The notes: generated by a model from the sequence alone, not told the origin. Positions 11,745 to 24,689 are shown, counted from the stretch's first letter. The stretch: 64,000 bases of DNA from Gracilinanus agilis (GCF_016433145.1 NC_058131.1:211572747-211636746); one strand, 5' to 3'. Numbers and translations are program-made.

Positions 11745-12230
11745 TTAGGATTATAGATTTATAGCTGGAGATAGTTTGAAGGTCAACTCTTCCAAAACCC
11801 TCACTTTACAGAGGGGGAAACAGATTTGGGTGGTCCAGTGACTTCTCTAATATCACATCGATAATAAGCAACAGAGAGTCAGGAACTGAACCCAGATCCT
11901 CTGACTCCAGAGCTGGGCAAGCTTTCCACTTTATCAGGCTACCTCCCATAGACTACCTAATAGATGTGTTGGTTATTATTAATAATAATTTATCATATAA
12001 TTAATGATGAACAGTTACATATGCTTTACAGTTTGCAAAGCACTTTTATATACATTATCTCATTTGAGCTTCACAAGAACCCAGGGAGACTGATGCTACT
12101 GTTATTCCCATTTTATGGAAGAGGAAACTGAGACTCAGAAAGGTTAAATAACTTGTCTAGGACCATAAGGTAGGATTTAAACTAGATATTTCTGATACCG
12201 AGTCCAACAGTCTATTCTCTAGGCCACTTC
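11745..12230 (-). mobile_element. Two adjacent MIR copies
   Basis: Two reverse COREs (ttacagagggggaaacagatt; ttttatggaagaggaaactgagactcagaaagg). Confidence 0.7.
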
Positions 12231-13409
12231 TCCAATGAGAATTACCATTAGATTTCTGAAGTCTTTGAAACTGGATTATTTCAACCTGTATCACTCCTAG
12301 GAAGTAGGGAAGGGTGGGTTATCTCTGTTTTGCTGAGGTCAGATGACTTTTGGGAGCAAAATGGGCACATTGCAAGGGCTAGAATTCTGAGTTTCTCTTT
12401 CTCACCTAGAACTAAAAACACTTGGCCCCTGCTCACTTGTTGCCATAAAACTAGTGCCTTTTCTCTGATCATCCTAAATTATCCTATTTAGAGGGTACCT
12501 AGCAGGAGCCCTCCATAACAAGTCAATTAATTCTAAACACTAATTAATTCAATGAAAACAATCAGTTGCACTGAATTAATTATAGTCAATTCCACAATAT
12601 GCTTCACCTAAGTATATCCCTATAGATATCCTCTCAATAACTGTGCCAAGAACTATGCCATTGCTCCTGCTAGGTATGTTCTCCCATCAGAAAACATGCT
12701 GATATTTAGGCTTGATTTCCTCTAGGCCTATATGTTTTTCATGGACTACAATCTACATCATTAGAAGGAATACTCACAACAAACCACTAGAGTATGTCTT
12801 TATTTTTAAAATTCATAGGGTATTCCTTGCATTGGGGCTCCCTCCTGACATGAGAGACTCTTGAGAATTTTTTAATTCTCTAGTTAATTGTCCCCATTGA
12901 ATTGAAACCTCAGAGCATCAGTATCTGGTACTTTCCCAAGGGTAGCCACTAGTTCCCCTTTTAAGATCACAAGGCTTAAAACACAGAACAATTTTATTTA
13001 CAAACTGAGGGCACTGAAAAGACTCAGAATTCATTGATCCTAAAAGTTCAACTGTTTTCTAGCAGATAAAGCTTATTACTTCTTCTCCAAAGAACCAACT
13101 ATCTAAGAGCTGGTTCATGGAAGTTCACTTTTTTAAAAATAGCTAGACTAACATTTGCAGGATATATTATTACCTTTGGTCAAAGTCCTTGTGCTCTCTT
13201 GTTCCTTCAGAACACATTATTCCATTTTCTCCAGTGATTTCTGGTGGGTACAGAATAATTTTGTGTTAATTGTGTTAATAATTAAATATAAAATCCTTTA
13301 TATTTGAAGGTCTTTCTTCTAGTCACTTGAGGGACTTGTTTGTTGTTTCAACTGTTAAATTTAACTACTATATGTCTTGGGTTTCTTTAGAAGAAATCTA
13401 TGAATTCTT

Positions 13410-15078
13410 ACTTTTTTTTTTTTAAGATATTTTATTTTCCCTTTGATCTGCATTCTGACTCCTACAGTTCTTTCTCTGGAACTGGATAGCATTCTTTGTC
13501 CTAAGTCCATCATAACTGACCTGGATCATTGAAAGACTAAGAGTACCTTAGTCTTTCACAAATGATCATCTCACAATATTGCTGTTAGTGTGTACAATGT
13601 CCTTCTGGTTCTGCTTATTTTACCATACATCAGTTCATGTAGTTTCTTTCCAACTTTTTCTGAAAACAACTTGTTCATTATTTCTTGTAGTACAATAGTA
13701 TTCCATCATCATCATATACCACAATTTGTTCAGCCATTCCCCAATTTTTGGACAGTCCCTCAGTTTCCAATTTTTGCCACCACAAAAATTGCTGCTAAAA
13801 ATATTTTTGCACAATTAGGTCCTTCTACCCTCCCCTGCCCTTTTTAAATCTCTAGCAGTGATATTACAGGATCAATGGGTTTAGTTCCAAATTGCTCTCC
13901 AGAATGATTGGATCAGTTCACAACTCTACCAATAATGCACTAGTGTCTCAATTTTGCTATATCTCTTCCAATATTTATCACTTTCCTTTACTGTCCTATT
14001 GGACAATCTGATAGGTATGAGATGGTACCTCAGAATTGTTTTAATTTACATTTCTCTAATCAAGAGAGATTTAGAACATTTTTCATATGATTACTGATAA
14101 TTTGATTTCTTTATTTGAAAATTGATTGTTCATATCACTTGTCAATTGAAGAATGATTTGTATTCTCATAAAATTGACTTGGTTCTCCGTATATTTGAGA
14201 AATGAAACCTTTATCAGAGAAATTTGTTATAAAATTTCCCCCCCAGTTTGTTGTTTCCTTTCTAATCTTGGTTACATTCATTTTGTTTGTACAAACCTTT
14301 TTTCATTTAATATAATCAAAATTATCCATTTTACATCTCTTAATGTTTTCTGTCTCTTGTTTGGTCATAAATTCTTTCCTTCTCCATAGATCTGACAAAT
14401 AGACTATTTTATTTTCTGCTAATTTATACTATCACCCTTTATGTCTAAATCATATGCTGACCTTATCTTGGCATAGGGCAGTGATGTGCAAACTTTTTAA
14501 AGAGGGGACCAAAGGAAAGGAAATGCTCATCTGTCAGTCTTTTCTAAGACAACTCTTTCAAAGTTTCATTGTATTGTATCCTACTCATTGTATCCGTCAG
14601 ATTAGGAATAATGTCCCACACCAGATAGAACATTTCAGGGCCTTTGCCCATCACTGGATAGGGCATGAAATGTTTGTCTACTTTATACCTAGTTTCTGCC
14701 ATACTATTTTTCAGTTTTCTCAGCAGTTTTTGGCAGACAGTGAGTTCTTGTCCCAAAAGCTGGGCTCTTTGTGTTTATCAAATACTAGACTGTTAAGGTC
14801 ATTTACCCTGCATATTATGTATCTAATCTATTCCATTGATCTACTATTCTATTTCTTACCCTGCACCATATTGTTTTGATCATTACTGAGATCTGGTACT
14901 GCTAAATCACCTTCCTTCACATTGTTTTCATTAATTCCCTTGATATTCTTGACCTTTTGTTCTTCCAGATGAATTTTTTTTTCTAGTTCAATAAAATAAA
15001 TTTTTTTTTGTAGTTTGCTTGGCATGGCATTGAATAAGTAAATGATTTAGGTAGAACTATCATTTTTTACTATATTAG
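13410..15078 (-). mobile_element. 5'-truncated LINE-1 (ORF2 C-terminal part plus 3'UTR)
   Basis: Poly(T) start, antisense ORF2 text (gctctccagaatgattggatcagttcacaactctacc; atttctctaatcaagagagatttagaacatttttcatatg); degenerate 11-bp TSD TATGAATT(C/A)TT at 13399-13409 and 15079-15089. Confidence 0.88.
14479..14656. mobile_element. hAT MITE (family B) nested in L1
   Basis: TIRs CAGTGATG(T/G)GCAAA / TTTGCCCATCACTG; TSD gcataggg / g-ataggg; homologous to 58757. Confidence 0.9.
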
Positions 15079-16060
15079 TATGAATTATTTTAAATGTCAC
15101 TTTGATTTCTATGGTCTGAAGTTCTGGGCAATTTTCTTTTATTATTTTTTGTATTATAACGTTGAAGTTTTTTGGCTTGTCATGTCCTTTTCAGAGACCT
15201 ATAATCTTTAAATTGTCTCTACGCATCTTATCTTCTAAATCTATATGTTTTGTTTCTATGGAGATTGTGTTTTCTTTTTTTGTTATTGCTTTTTGCTTCT
15301 CTTCTTCCAGATTATCCTTTACTTCTATATATTTGCATTCCTAATTAATTAATGTTTTCATCTTTGGTGAGATTTGACACCATGGATTCGAGTGTTTCTA
15401 TTCTGCTCATTTTTTTGACTCCTCCTTTTATTGTGATAACCTCCTGGACTAATTCTCAGCCTCCTCCCATGCTGAGCAATTCATGTTTTACTGGCCTTGC
15501 TTCCTGCCCCCAGAGATGACTCTAGTTGGATGTTGGACTCTTTCCTTTAGATTTAGTGGAATGTCATACACTTGTCTTTTGCTGTGGTTCTAACTGTTCC
15601 TCAATCCTCTGACTCAACACTGCTACACAGCCATCCCAGTCAGAGCAAGCTTCTGACTTTTGTTGTCCCCAGCGCAGATTTCAGAGCTGCTGGATTTGTG
15701 TATGTGGGGTTCCTTTCTCACTTCCCTCTTTTTTGGAAACAGCTGGGCTAGTTTATACAAATCACACAGAGACTGCAGCTCAAAAGATCTCAAAGGAGGA
15801 GGGGCAGAGCTGATTGTTGTTAATGTAGAGAGAAAAACTTATCCCAGGGGTAAAAACTTGCATTACTAACTATAACAATATATAGGACTCGTGCTAAGAA
15901 GCTTTAGATATTGTATACATCCTTTGGGGAAAAAATGGTAAGCAAGGATCAGTTCAAGACTCAGAAAGAATTTACAAAAAACTTTCTGTGATAACTACAT
16001 CCTTTTTTCTGAGTTATCACAGCCTGGGGTTAGCACTTAATTTTAGGTTCTCTTGTGTTG

Positions 16061-16061
<1 letters not shown>

Positions 16062-16097
<36 letters not shown>
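16062..16097. repeat. (TG)n microsatellite
   Basis: About 18 perfect units. Confidence 0.95.
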
Positions 16098-16100
<3 letters not shown>

Positions 16101-16554
16101 CTGTAATTAGTAAACTTCCTGAAGGGAAGGGACTGTATATTTGTTTGCATGTCCAATAACAGCAAGACAAACAGAGCTAAGGAATAGAGAAAAACCACAT
16201 TGTGTGCATTCTTCAAAATGGAAATACATTTCAGGCTATAATGAATATTAAGGGCAGCCTTGAAGAAGAAAAGAAGCTTGAAAAAGATAGCTGAGGGAAG
16301 CCGAGGGACAAGGGAATTAGTGGATTAGTTGTATAGGTAAAACTATACCTAGGTTTTCTTTAACATGATTAAAGTTATCTGAGCTACTACCTTCTCCCAG
16401 ACAATTACCTCCTTGCATCACTACTCAGTATCCTGGTAGCAGAAAGGGGATTAGTCCAAAACAAGAGATGATAGTGATCATCCTAAACTGCCATTATCCT
16501 GAGATGATTCTGGGAATAGACACATACATGCTCAATTAAAAGAACTTACTGAAT

Positions 16555-16680
16555 CATTGAAATTGGTACTGGAAAAGAACTTAGAGATCATCTAGTCCAA
16601 TCCATAGCTGATGAATCTTTGAGCTGAGATTTAAACCCAAATATTCCGACTCCAGATACAATGGCTTCCTACTGTTCTAC
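16555..16680 (-). mobile_element. MIR fragment
   Basis: ggaaaagaacttagagatcatctagtccaa...gagctgagatttaaacccaaat. Confidence 0.6.
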
Positions 16681-16844
16681 ACAAATCCTTACTGGTTGGT
16701 GGATAGATTAATATCTCATATGTAATGAACAGCAAAGTAGCAGCATAAATGAGGAATATGATTTTATTACTTGTAAAACCTAGAACATACTGATAAAAGG
16801 ATGGTTTCTGAGTAATTTGAAAGGGAAGCAGGGATCATTTAGAG

Positions 16845-17038
16845 CAGTGGTTCCCAAACTTTTTTGGCCTACCGCCCCCTTTCCAGAAAAAATATTACTT
16901 AGTGCCCCCTGTAAATTATGAAACTATTTGTTGAACTCACAATAGAATATAATACAAAAAGAAGTGTAGCCATCACCGCCTCCCTGGATTGCTGCAGCAC
17001 CCATCAGGGGGCGGTAGTGCCCACTTTGGGAATCACTG
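16845..17038. mobile_element. hAT MITE (family A, variant middle)
   Basis: TIRs CAGTGGTTCCCAAACT / ACTTTGGGAATCACTG; perfect 8-bp TSD ATTTAGAG at 16837-16844 and 17039-17046. Confidence 0.95.
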
Positions 17039-17139
17039 ATTTAGAGCCAGCATAGCTTCATAAAGTACAGGTCAAGCTGGCTGAATTTCATTTCTCTTTA
17101 AGAAAAGGTAGCTAGACTGGTAAATTAAAAGGTAAATTA

Positions 17140-17500
17140 AAATGGATGTAATAACTAGGCATGAAAAGACATGAGGCATATATATAGCTGCCTTCAAGTA
17201 GTTGAAGCACTGTGATATGAAAGACAGACCAGACTTATTTCTCTTAGCCTTAGGGGAGTAGAAGAAGGAATAATGGGTAGAATTTGCATTTTTAGACAGA
17301 TTTAGGTATGATAGAAAGAAAAATGTTCCTAACAATTCAAGTTATCTCAAAATAGAATGGCCTGCCTCAGGGAGTAATGGACTTTCTGTCACCAAAGGAT
17401 TTTAATTAAAGGCAATTTTGGGGGGATGCCATAAAGGGGATTCTTTTGTAGATACATATTGGAATCAATGACTTCTGAGTTCTTGAGATTTTGAGATCTC
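17140..17500 (+). mobile_element. CR1/L3 3' end
   Basis: atagctgccttcaagtagttgaagcactgt...aatgttcctaacaatt...aatggcctgcctcagggagtaatgg typical L3 terminus. Confidence 0.75.
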
Positions 17501-17904
17501 TGAGAGGGTGAGATTTAAAAACAGTTACTAAGGTGGTAGGGATAAGACAAGGGGAAGAAGGGTAAGTTTAAAGGCCAATTTGGCACAGGGTGAAAAAATA
17601 TGGCTTAGGTTACACATGACAAATAAATAGGAGGGGTTCCATCTTAGTCCGAGCCAAGGCTTTTACTCCCTAAATGCTGGTATACTCAGGTCAGATTAAT
17701 CCAGCATCCTTGCAAGAATCACAGTGCCCTATATATAGGAGAGCAGTGAAGCAGGGAATTACACAAGGAGTTACAATATGGAGTTAAAATATAGAAAGAT
17801 CCAAGCAATCCAGCAATTATTTCCAAGTATTTTTCTTCCCATCTCCCATGACACTGTTAATTTAAAATAATCAGGAATTTGTATGCCATAGCCCCAGCTT
17901 CCTG

Positions 17905-17909
17905 GTGTG

Positions 17910-17964
<55 letters not shown>
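17905..17964. repeat. (TG)n microsatellite
   Basis: About 30 units, one CG interruption. Confidence 0.95.
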
Positions 17965-17968
<4 letters not shown>

Positions 17969-18414
17969 CCCCAGTCAGATCCTAAATTCCTTTGAAGCCA
18001 GGACCAAGAACATCTAAAAGGGATTCTGACCATTAATGTCACCTCCTGTATATTTGACCCCTAGGAATATACCAGAGCCTCCATGACCAAAGTCAATCCC
18101 CTATCACTGGAAAGATTGCCCAACAGTAGAGATTTCCATGATAGATGAAAAGCTGTGGGGAGAAAAAGCTACACCCCATTTGGCCAGCCACAAATTAATA
18201 GTAAAAGAGAAATAAAGTGCAATTTGCATTTCATATCACTTTTACTTCCAAAATTATTTCACATTTATCTAATCCCCTAAAGTAGGAGCATGATCTAATT
18301 TTATTTATCATCTCTGTAAAACAGGGAAGGGCAGATGAATAATTGTTTCTTTAAGATGATGAAAGACAACTTTCCATCTGCTCTCATCTCCTTAGGGTGG
18401 CAATAGTTATTGGG

Positions 18415-18960
18415 AAGGTGTTGTTTGTCCTTTGTTTCAAAGAAGATCATTGACATCACAGAGTAATGTTTTGACTTGTGAATGAATTATTTAAGTGAGG
18501 CAGAGTTGCACAAGGTCATCAGCTTATTTCTCTCTTCCAGAGACATCAAAGTCTAGTGGCAGGCAAGATAACTGGTGATGGATCAGGATGCAGTGGATGA
18601 CCTTGGTATCTGACCAAGATGGTGCTCCACTGTGCCTACTTCAACCACCTTCATGGCTGTTGGGACAAATTATTCTCTTACACCTATTCTGCCAGGGAAA
18701 TCTTCACATGCTGGGAGATAGAGATACCTCCCCTAACTCACTGAGAGGTGTGAGGCTTGTCTGTTACTCTCAAACTGATTTAGCCCATCTACTGAGATGG
18801 TTTTACGAGGATGTGGCTACTACACATGCTACAGTGTCTTGAAGCCACAGGTGAGAGTTGGGTGAGAGGTAAACACCAAAGGTAAATGGGAAGCCCCAAA
18901 AAGGGTTCAGCAAGCCCTCATAGCAGAGGTGTTCGTCCTTCTTGAACACTCCATATGCCA
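18415..18960 (-). mobile_element. RTE-related SINE (WALLSI-like)
   Basis: gttgtttgtcctttg...ttaagtgaggcagagttgcacaagg...gctacagtgtcttgaagccacaggtgagagttggg; homologous copy at 25165. Confidence 0.75.
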
Positions 18961-19299
18961 CATAAGGAAGGTAGAAGCAAGCCAGATGTATTTTCTATAA
19001 AGCTGTAAGGGCTGTAAGCCAGTCCTTATTTTCTGTCACCTAGACCCTGCAAATCACACATATACCTTGTCTGATCCTAGTGTTGGGACATGAAAGCTTG
19101 TAGTTGCCTTTTGTCTCAGAATACTGGCATCCTAGAGTTTTTTAGATAGAATCTTGGAGGTAGAAGAGATCTTGGAGATCATGTAATCCAACCCTATCTC
19201 TCAACCTTTCTTCAACACCTCTTACATATATATGCATATATAACACACACATATGGATAATGCTCATATATATGTATACACATAATTACACACATGTAT

Positions 19300-19776
19300 A
19301 TTATTGGAAGGGAATTTCTCTCCTCATTATGTTGCTTTGTTTGATGTCATCAATCAGTGTCCTGGAGATCAATTACCACTGAGATGTGCAAGTACAGACA
19401 AACCCTCAGAGAAAGGAAGTTGAAACCAATAAGACAGGAAACTGATCCTACAGGCACTGTTTCCCCCTAGGTGGTGCCAGGCAAATTAAGGAACTATGAT
19501 TGGTTCCTGAGATGTGACCTGGGAGAGCTAGAGGGTGGAGAAAATGGCTTCTAAGGTGAGACCAGGGGACTGTTTGCTCTCTTCTGGTTGGAGCTTGGAA
19601 CCTGAAGGAACCCATGTTGGTGGTGAGCCTCAATCCATCATGGCTGCAAATAGAGTAGTAAGCTAAGCAACTCTCTATCTCTTTCCTACATTTCCCTTTC
19701 TCGTCTATCACTACTTTGATGTAATAAAGCTATTAAGGCTACTAACAGCCTCATAATTTAATTTTAAACGATTACA
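19300..19776 (+). mobile_element. Solo ERV LTR (about 480 bp)
   Basis: AATAAA at 19723-19728, terminal ...taattttaaacgattaCA similar to the inner LTR end at 44178; 5' boundary uncertain. Confidence 0.7.
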
Positions 19777-19834
19777 GTATTTGTATACATAACACATATA
19801 CATGGATGTATATGTCTCTCTATAATAACAGCTA

Positions 19835-20050
19835 GAATTTTGTGGTTTACAAAGTGCTTTACATATATTACTTCTTTTGATCTTCATAACAACATTATAA
19901 AGAAGGTGCTATTATTATCTTCATTTTACATATAAGGAAACTGAAACAGCCAAGTAAAGAGACTTGCTCAGGATCACACAGCTAGTAAGTACCTGATGCA
20001 GGGTCTGAACTCAGATTTTCCTCACTCCAGACCAGCTCTCTATCCACTGC
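19835..20050 (-). mobile_element. MIR
   Basis: aagtgctttacatatatt...ttttacatataaggaaactgaaac...gatcacacagctagtaag. Confidence 0.8.
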
Positions 20051-20636
20051 AATACTCAATGAGCCATTTTTGGAATTAGTTTCTTCTAACTTGTCAACAA
20101 CTCAAGAGACTGACAGACATAAATATCCAATGTGACTCTATTGCCTCCCTCAAGTCCATTTTCTTCCTTCCCACTTCTCAAAGGCAATATTTCCCAGATC
20201 CCTTATGAATGCAAACCAGTATTTATTAGGTACCTGCTGTGTACAATGGCGAAGCATTTCACATGTCTTTTGGTAGGAGCTAAGGCTTACCACTGCCAAC
20301 AAAACATTATTCCTGTCTGAAATGGAGTCCTGCCAAGTTAATTCTTCAGGAACTGCCTCTGATTTTGCTCTCCTGTGGACCCAGATTGACTATCTAAATG
20401 GGTAGGATGAGAGAAAACAGAATTGTGAATTTCAGAATTGCTTAATAGGTTGATCGATAAGCCATTTGGAGGCTGGTTAGATTCTGCTAGGTGCCATGAC
20501 AGTCCTTTAGGCAATTGCCACCAGGTCAGCAGTACTTCCTACTCACCGTTCATATAATCCCAAAGGAGAGGATTTCCTTAGATAGGTTTAACTGTCATCT
20601 CTATGCAGAGATGGTTCAAAGATCTTTATATCCAAG

Positions 20637-20885
20637 GACAGTTAGGTGACATGGGGACTAGAGCAATAAGCCTGAAGTCAGGAAGATCTGAGTTCAAATT
20701 TGGCTTCAGACACTAACTAGCTATGTTACTCTGGGAAAGTCACTTAATCTTTATTTGTCTCATTTTTCTCATCTATAAAAAGGAGACAATAATAGCATCT
20801 GACCTCCCAGGGCTGTTGTGAGGATCAAAAGCCCAGAGCATAATGTCTAACACATGATAAACACTATATAAATGTCAGCTATCAT
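20637..20885 (+). mobile_element. MIR
   Basis: gaagtcaggaagatctgagttcaaatt...gggaaagtcacttaatc...gttgtgaggatcaaa. Confidence 0.8.
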
Positions 20886-20892
20886 TGTCATT

Positions 20893-21315
20893 AGCTATCT
20901 ATCCAGCTCATATCTCTCCCCTGAACCCAGTCCCATAACATTATCTGTCTACTGGATAACATCCTGAAACTTAACTCATTATCTTTCCCTCTACACTCTC
21001 CCCACTACTGAATTTCCCTCTTTCTATCAATTCTTGCAATCATTCTTCCAATCAGTTAGGTTCAAAACCTTGGTGTTATCCTTAACTTTTCATTCTCTTT
21101 CATCCCCACGTAGCAAATCAATTGCCTCATTTTGCCATTCCTCTCTCCAAAACATCTCTTGCTTCCAAATCTTTGGCTTTACTCATCTAATCATCATTGT
21201 AGTCCATTCCCTCACCACTTCTAGTCTGACCTATCAGGAGGCAATGTTCCCCAAGCACAATGCTCCATCTCTCATCTCCCTTCCTTTGCACTGACTGTTC
21301 CCATGCTTGGAATCT
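20893..21315 (+). mobile_element. L2 fragment
   Basis: Pyrimidine-rich L2 3' ORF text (tctctcccctgaaccc...aaaaccttggtgttatcctt...ttgcactgactgttcccatgcttggaat). Confidence 0.7.
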
Positions 21316-21384
21316 TGTCTGTCAAATGACCTTTTCATGCTACTTCATGGGTTAAAATCTTTTCTGGTGATATGCTGCAGCAAT

Positions 21385-21690
21385 GACATTTGGTAGTAAG
21401 AGAGCAGGATCTAGAGTCAGAGGACCTAGATTTGATGACTCTACTAGTTACTACTTGAGTTATGTTGGGCAAGTCACTTAACCTCTGTCTCAGTTTCCTC
21501 ATCTATAAAGTGGGGATAAGAAGAACATCAACCTCCTGAGATTGTTATGAGGATCAAATGAGGTAATAATTGTAAAGCATTTAGTATAGTATGTAGTAAG
21601 AGCTATCTAAATATTACTATTATCTGACAAGTTATGAGTTGGACTAGATGATCTCTCAGATCCCTTCTAGCACTAAACCCATGACCCTAA
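21385..21690 (+). mobile_element. MIR (plus MIR tail fragment)
   Basis: gggcaagtcacttaacctctgtctcagtttcctcatctataaagtgggg. Confidence 0.75.
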
Positions 21691-21799
21691 GGTTCTTTCC
21701 TTAGAATTTTTCCTTCTTTTCCTTCATCTTTAATAGCTGTCAGTAGAAATGGCAGTTTCCAATGGGACTTCCAATGGAAATGGGAATAGGGATTTGTCG

Positions 21800-22050
21800 T
21801 ATTGCTGTTCAATCATTTTTCAGTTGTGTCTGACTCTTTTGACCCTATTGGGGGTTTTCTTGGCAAAGATACTGGAGTGGTTAACCATTTCCTTGCCCAA
21901 TTCATTTTACAGATAAGGAAACTGAGGCCATCAGAGTTAAGTGACTTGCCACACAACTAATAAGTATTGAAGGCAGGATTTGAACTCAGGAAGATGAATC
22001 TTCCTGATTGTAGGTCCTGTGCTCTAGTCACTGTACCACCTAGCTATCCA
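21800..22050 (-). mobile_element. MAR1-type CORE-SINE
   Basis: ttttcttggcaaagatactggagtgg...ttcattttacagataaggaaactgagg. Confidence 0.85.
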
Positions 22051-22129
22051 GGGAATCAGGATGCCACAGTCCTAGTCCCAACTAACACCAACTGAATGAC
22101 TATGAGCACATTATTTTTCTTCTCTAGGC

Positions 22130-22480
22130 TTGGATTATCTCCCAGACTTCTCTACTAACTAGCAGGCTTTCCACCCTCCAAATGCTTCTACCCTGAGGCC
22201 TACTCTCCTGATTAATGAATCCCTACCCCAGATTGCCATTTCATAAGGGGCCCAGATCCTACACCTTCTCTTTTCAACTCTACTCACTTTCTGGAATTTT
22301 CTACCTTCTTGCCAGAAGCCTTGGATAGTCTCCTTCCTTTCTGATTTCCTTTTAGATATTATCTTTTTCTTTTAGAATATAAATTCCTGGATGGCAATTA
22401 CCAGTCTGATTGCTTATATTTGTATTTCCACCTTTAACATATCGTTTGATACATAGTAAGCATATAATAAATGCTCTGAC
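22130..22480 (+). mobile_element. L2 3' end
   Basis: Ends ...tttgatacatagtaagcatataataaatgct. Confidence 0.6.
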
Positions 22481-22599
22481 TTGCCATCTACCCTGTCACT
22501 GTGCCCATGTGAAAATGAAACAACCCTTGCACTCGAGGAGTTTATATTCATGTAGGGAGATGCAACATAGATGAAAATAAGTAAGCACAAAATGTATTC

Positions 22600-23030
22600 A
22601 AATCCGATCAACCAATTAACAAGCACTTATTAAGCATCTACTATATGCCCGATACTGTGCTGGTTTGGGGAGATAGAAAAATAAAGATTAACATCTTTGC
22701 CTTCAAAGTATTTATATTTTATCAAAGGGAAAAGACATGCATACATGTACAAGTGTTTATAAAATAAATTCAAAGTAATTTCAGGGGAAGGTATTAATAG
22801 CTAGGGAAAATAAAGAAAAGGCTCATTTGGAAGTGGCATTTGAGCTACCCTTTAAAGCTCTAGGGATTCTATAAGATAAAATTGGGGTTGCGTACCAGGC
22901 AAAGGGGGCCACATGTATAAAGGTTTGGAGGTGGAAAATCAGGGCCTGAAATAGAGTGGCAGCTGTATGACTGATGAGGTGATGAGTGAAAGATTGGTAA
23001 AACATGGTAGAGGTCTTAGGAAATTGATGA
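22600..23030 (-). mobile_element. L2 3' end
   Basis: aacaagcacttattaagcatctactatatgcccgatactgtgctgg... antisense L2 tail. Confidence 0.7.
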
Positions 23031-23615
23031 ATAGGACGAAAGCTAAAAGATAACACAGTTTGTTCAAATGCATTTTTCTAAAGAGTACGTAGGCTGTATT
23101 CTCTTAAGTATTTAGTTATAGTTTTGCTCTCTCAAGAGTTAAGGACTAATTGATTATTAATGCATCTTCATTACTGAGTAACGTTGCCTTATAATTATCC
23201 ACCCCTCTCTGTATCAAAGATGGCACTTGGAAGATTCCACTTGAACTCTTCCCTGTATCCTCGCTTTTTGATTGGTAGCCTTTCTGATTTTGTGATCTGA
23301 TAATAATGACTTTCCTACTGCTCATTAGAGATGTCTTTTTCTAAATTAGCTACAGAGTATGGTGAGGATATAATGTTCTATTCTGGTTATGGTCCAGGAT
23401 TCAAGATATTTACTTACTGATAAATCTAATATTAAAAAGGAATGGGGCAAGGCTGCAGAGATAAAGAGTGAAAAAGAGCTCATCAAAAACTATAGGGAGC
23501 CACGAATTTCATTCCTGGTGCCTAATAAATATGCTGATTGACTGACTGACTTGAAGGAACTTTACAGAGCTTCTAGTGTAAACCTCTTCTTTCAAAAATA
23601 GGATAATCAGATTAA

Positions 23616-23815
23616 CTAGGTGTTGCAGTGGATTTAGAGCTGGGACTAGAGACAAGAGGTTTTGGGTTCAAATGTGGATTTAGATACTTTCTAGCCATGT
23701 GACCCTGGGCAAGTCATTTAATCCCCATTATCTAGCCCTTATTGCTTTCCTTCCTTGGAACCTATTCACAGTATTGATTCTAAGACAGAAGGTAAAGTTT
23801 GTTGTTGTTTTTTTA
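23616..23815 (+). mobile_element. Older SINE1-like copy
   Basis: Same layout as 5003, more diverged (cacagtattgattctaagacagaaggtaaag). Confidence 0.82.
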
Positions 23816-24439
23816 AAGGATGCCGATGCTTGATATGCAGTGACATGATTGATATTAGAACCCAGAGCTCCTGACTCCAAATCTAGGGATTTGTACTAGA
23901 CACCAACATATACATTTTGATTTGATAATTGTTCATTGGGCACTTACTATGGGTCAAGCACTTCTGAAAACAAAATGCCTAGGAGATGAGGGCATTGAAG
24001 GATAATAAAACTGAAAGAAGGGGAAGGTGACACCAGAGACAAACTCTACCATTTTGTTTTCACCATCCTGGATAGAACAGTGAACAAAGGAGAAATGGAT
24101 TCTGTGCAGGATCTTAGCTTCATTTGCTGGCATTAGAGTTCAGGACATTATGTATATTATTTTAGATGATGAAGATCTTCAAGGGTGAGTACCCCAGGGT
24201 CCATTGAGCTTTGGCACAGGCATAGGAAAAGGATGAAGGCCATTATGGTATAATGGAAAGGATTGGGAGTCAGAGGACCTGGTTCCATTCTTGGCTCTGC
24301 TACTGACTAACAAGCTACTTCCTTTTTTTAGAACTCAGTCCCCTCTTTTGTCAAATGAAGGGAGGGATGGACTAATTCCTTTCTTTCCTAAATCCTGTTT
24401 TTTCTATGGATAAGACTGGACTTGGAGGTAGGCTCAGAA

Positions 24440-24632
24440 ACTATTTTTTTGATTCAAAGATAGTTTATTTTCCCAACTGCATGTCCTAATAATGTTAAAT
24501 ATACATTTTCCAAAATTATAAGATCCAAACCATCTCCCTCCTTCCTGCCATTCAGAAATGGTAAACAATTGATCTGGGCCATACATGTATTATCATGCAA
24601 AACACACTTCCATATTGTCCATTGTTAGAAGA
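24440..24632 (-). mobile_element. LINE-1 extreme 3' end
   Basis: tttattttcccaactgcatg...gatctgggccatacatgtattatcatgcaaaacacacttcc. Confidence 0.75.
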
Positions 24633-24689
24633 AGCTCAGAAACCATTGGCAAGGGCAAAGCCCTTGTTGACTTTGTGACATAAGGATCC

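Larger units (their letters stand above)
13135..15460 (-). mobile_element. Old L1/HAL1 ORF1-region remnant, split by a younger L1 (host parts about 13135-13409 and 15079-15460)
   Basis: Antisense ORF1-like text (gaagttctgggcaattttctttt...ataatctttaaattgtctct) continuing across the younger insertion. Confidence 0.6.

Noticed and set aside
14454-14879. 141-aa ORF
   Set aside because: Reads antisense through an L1 and its nested MITE.
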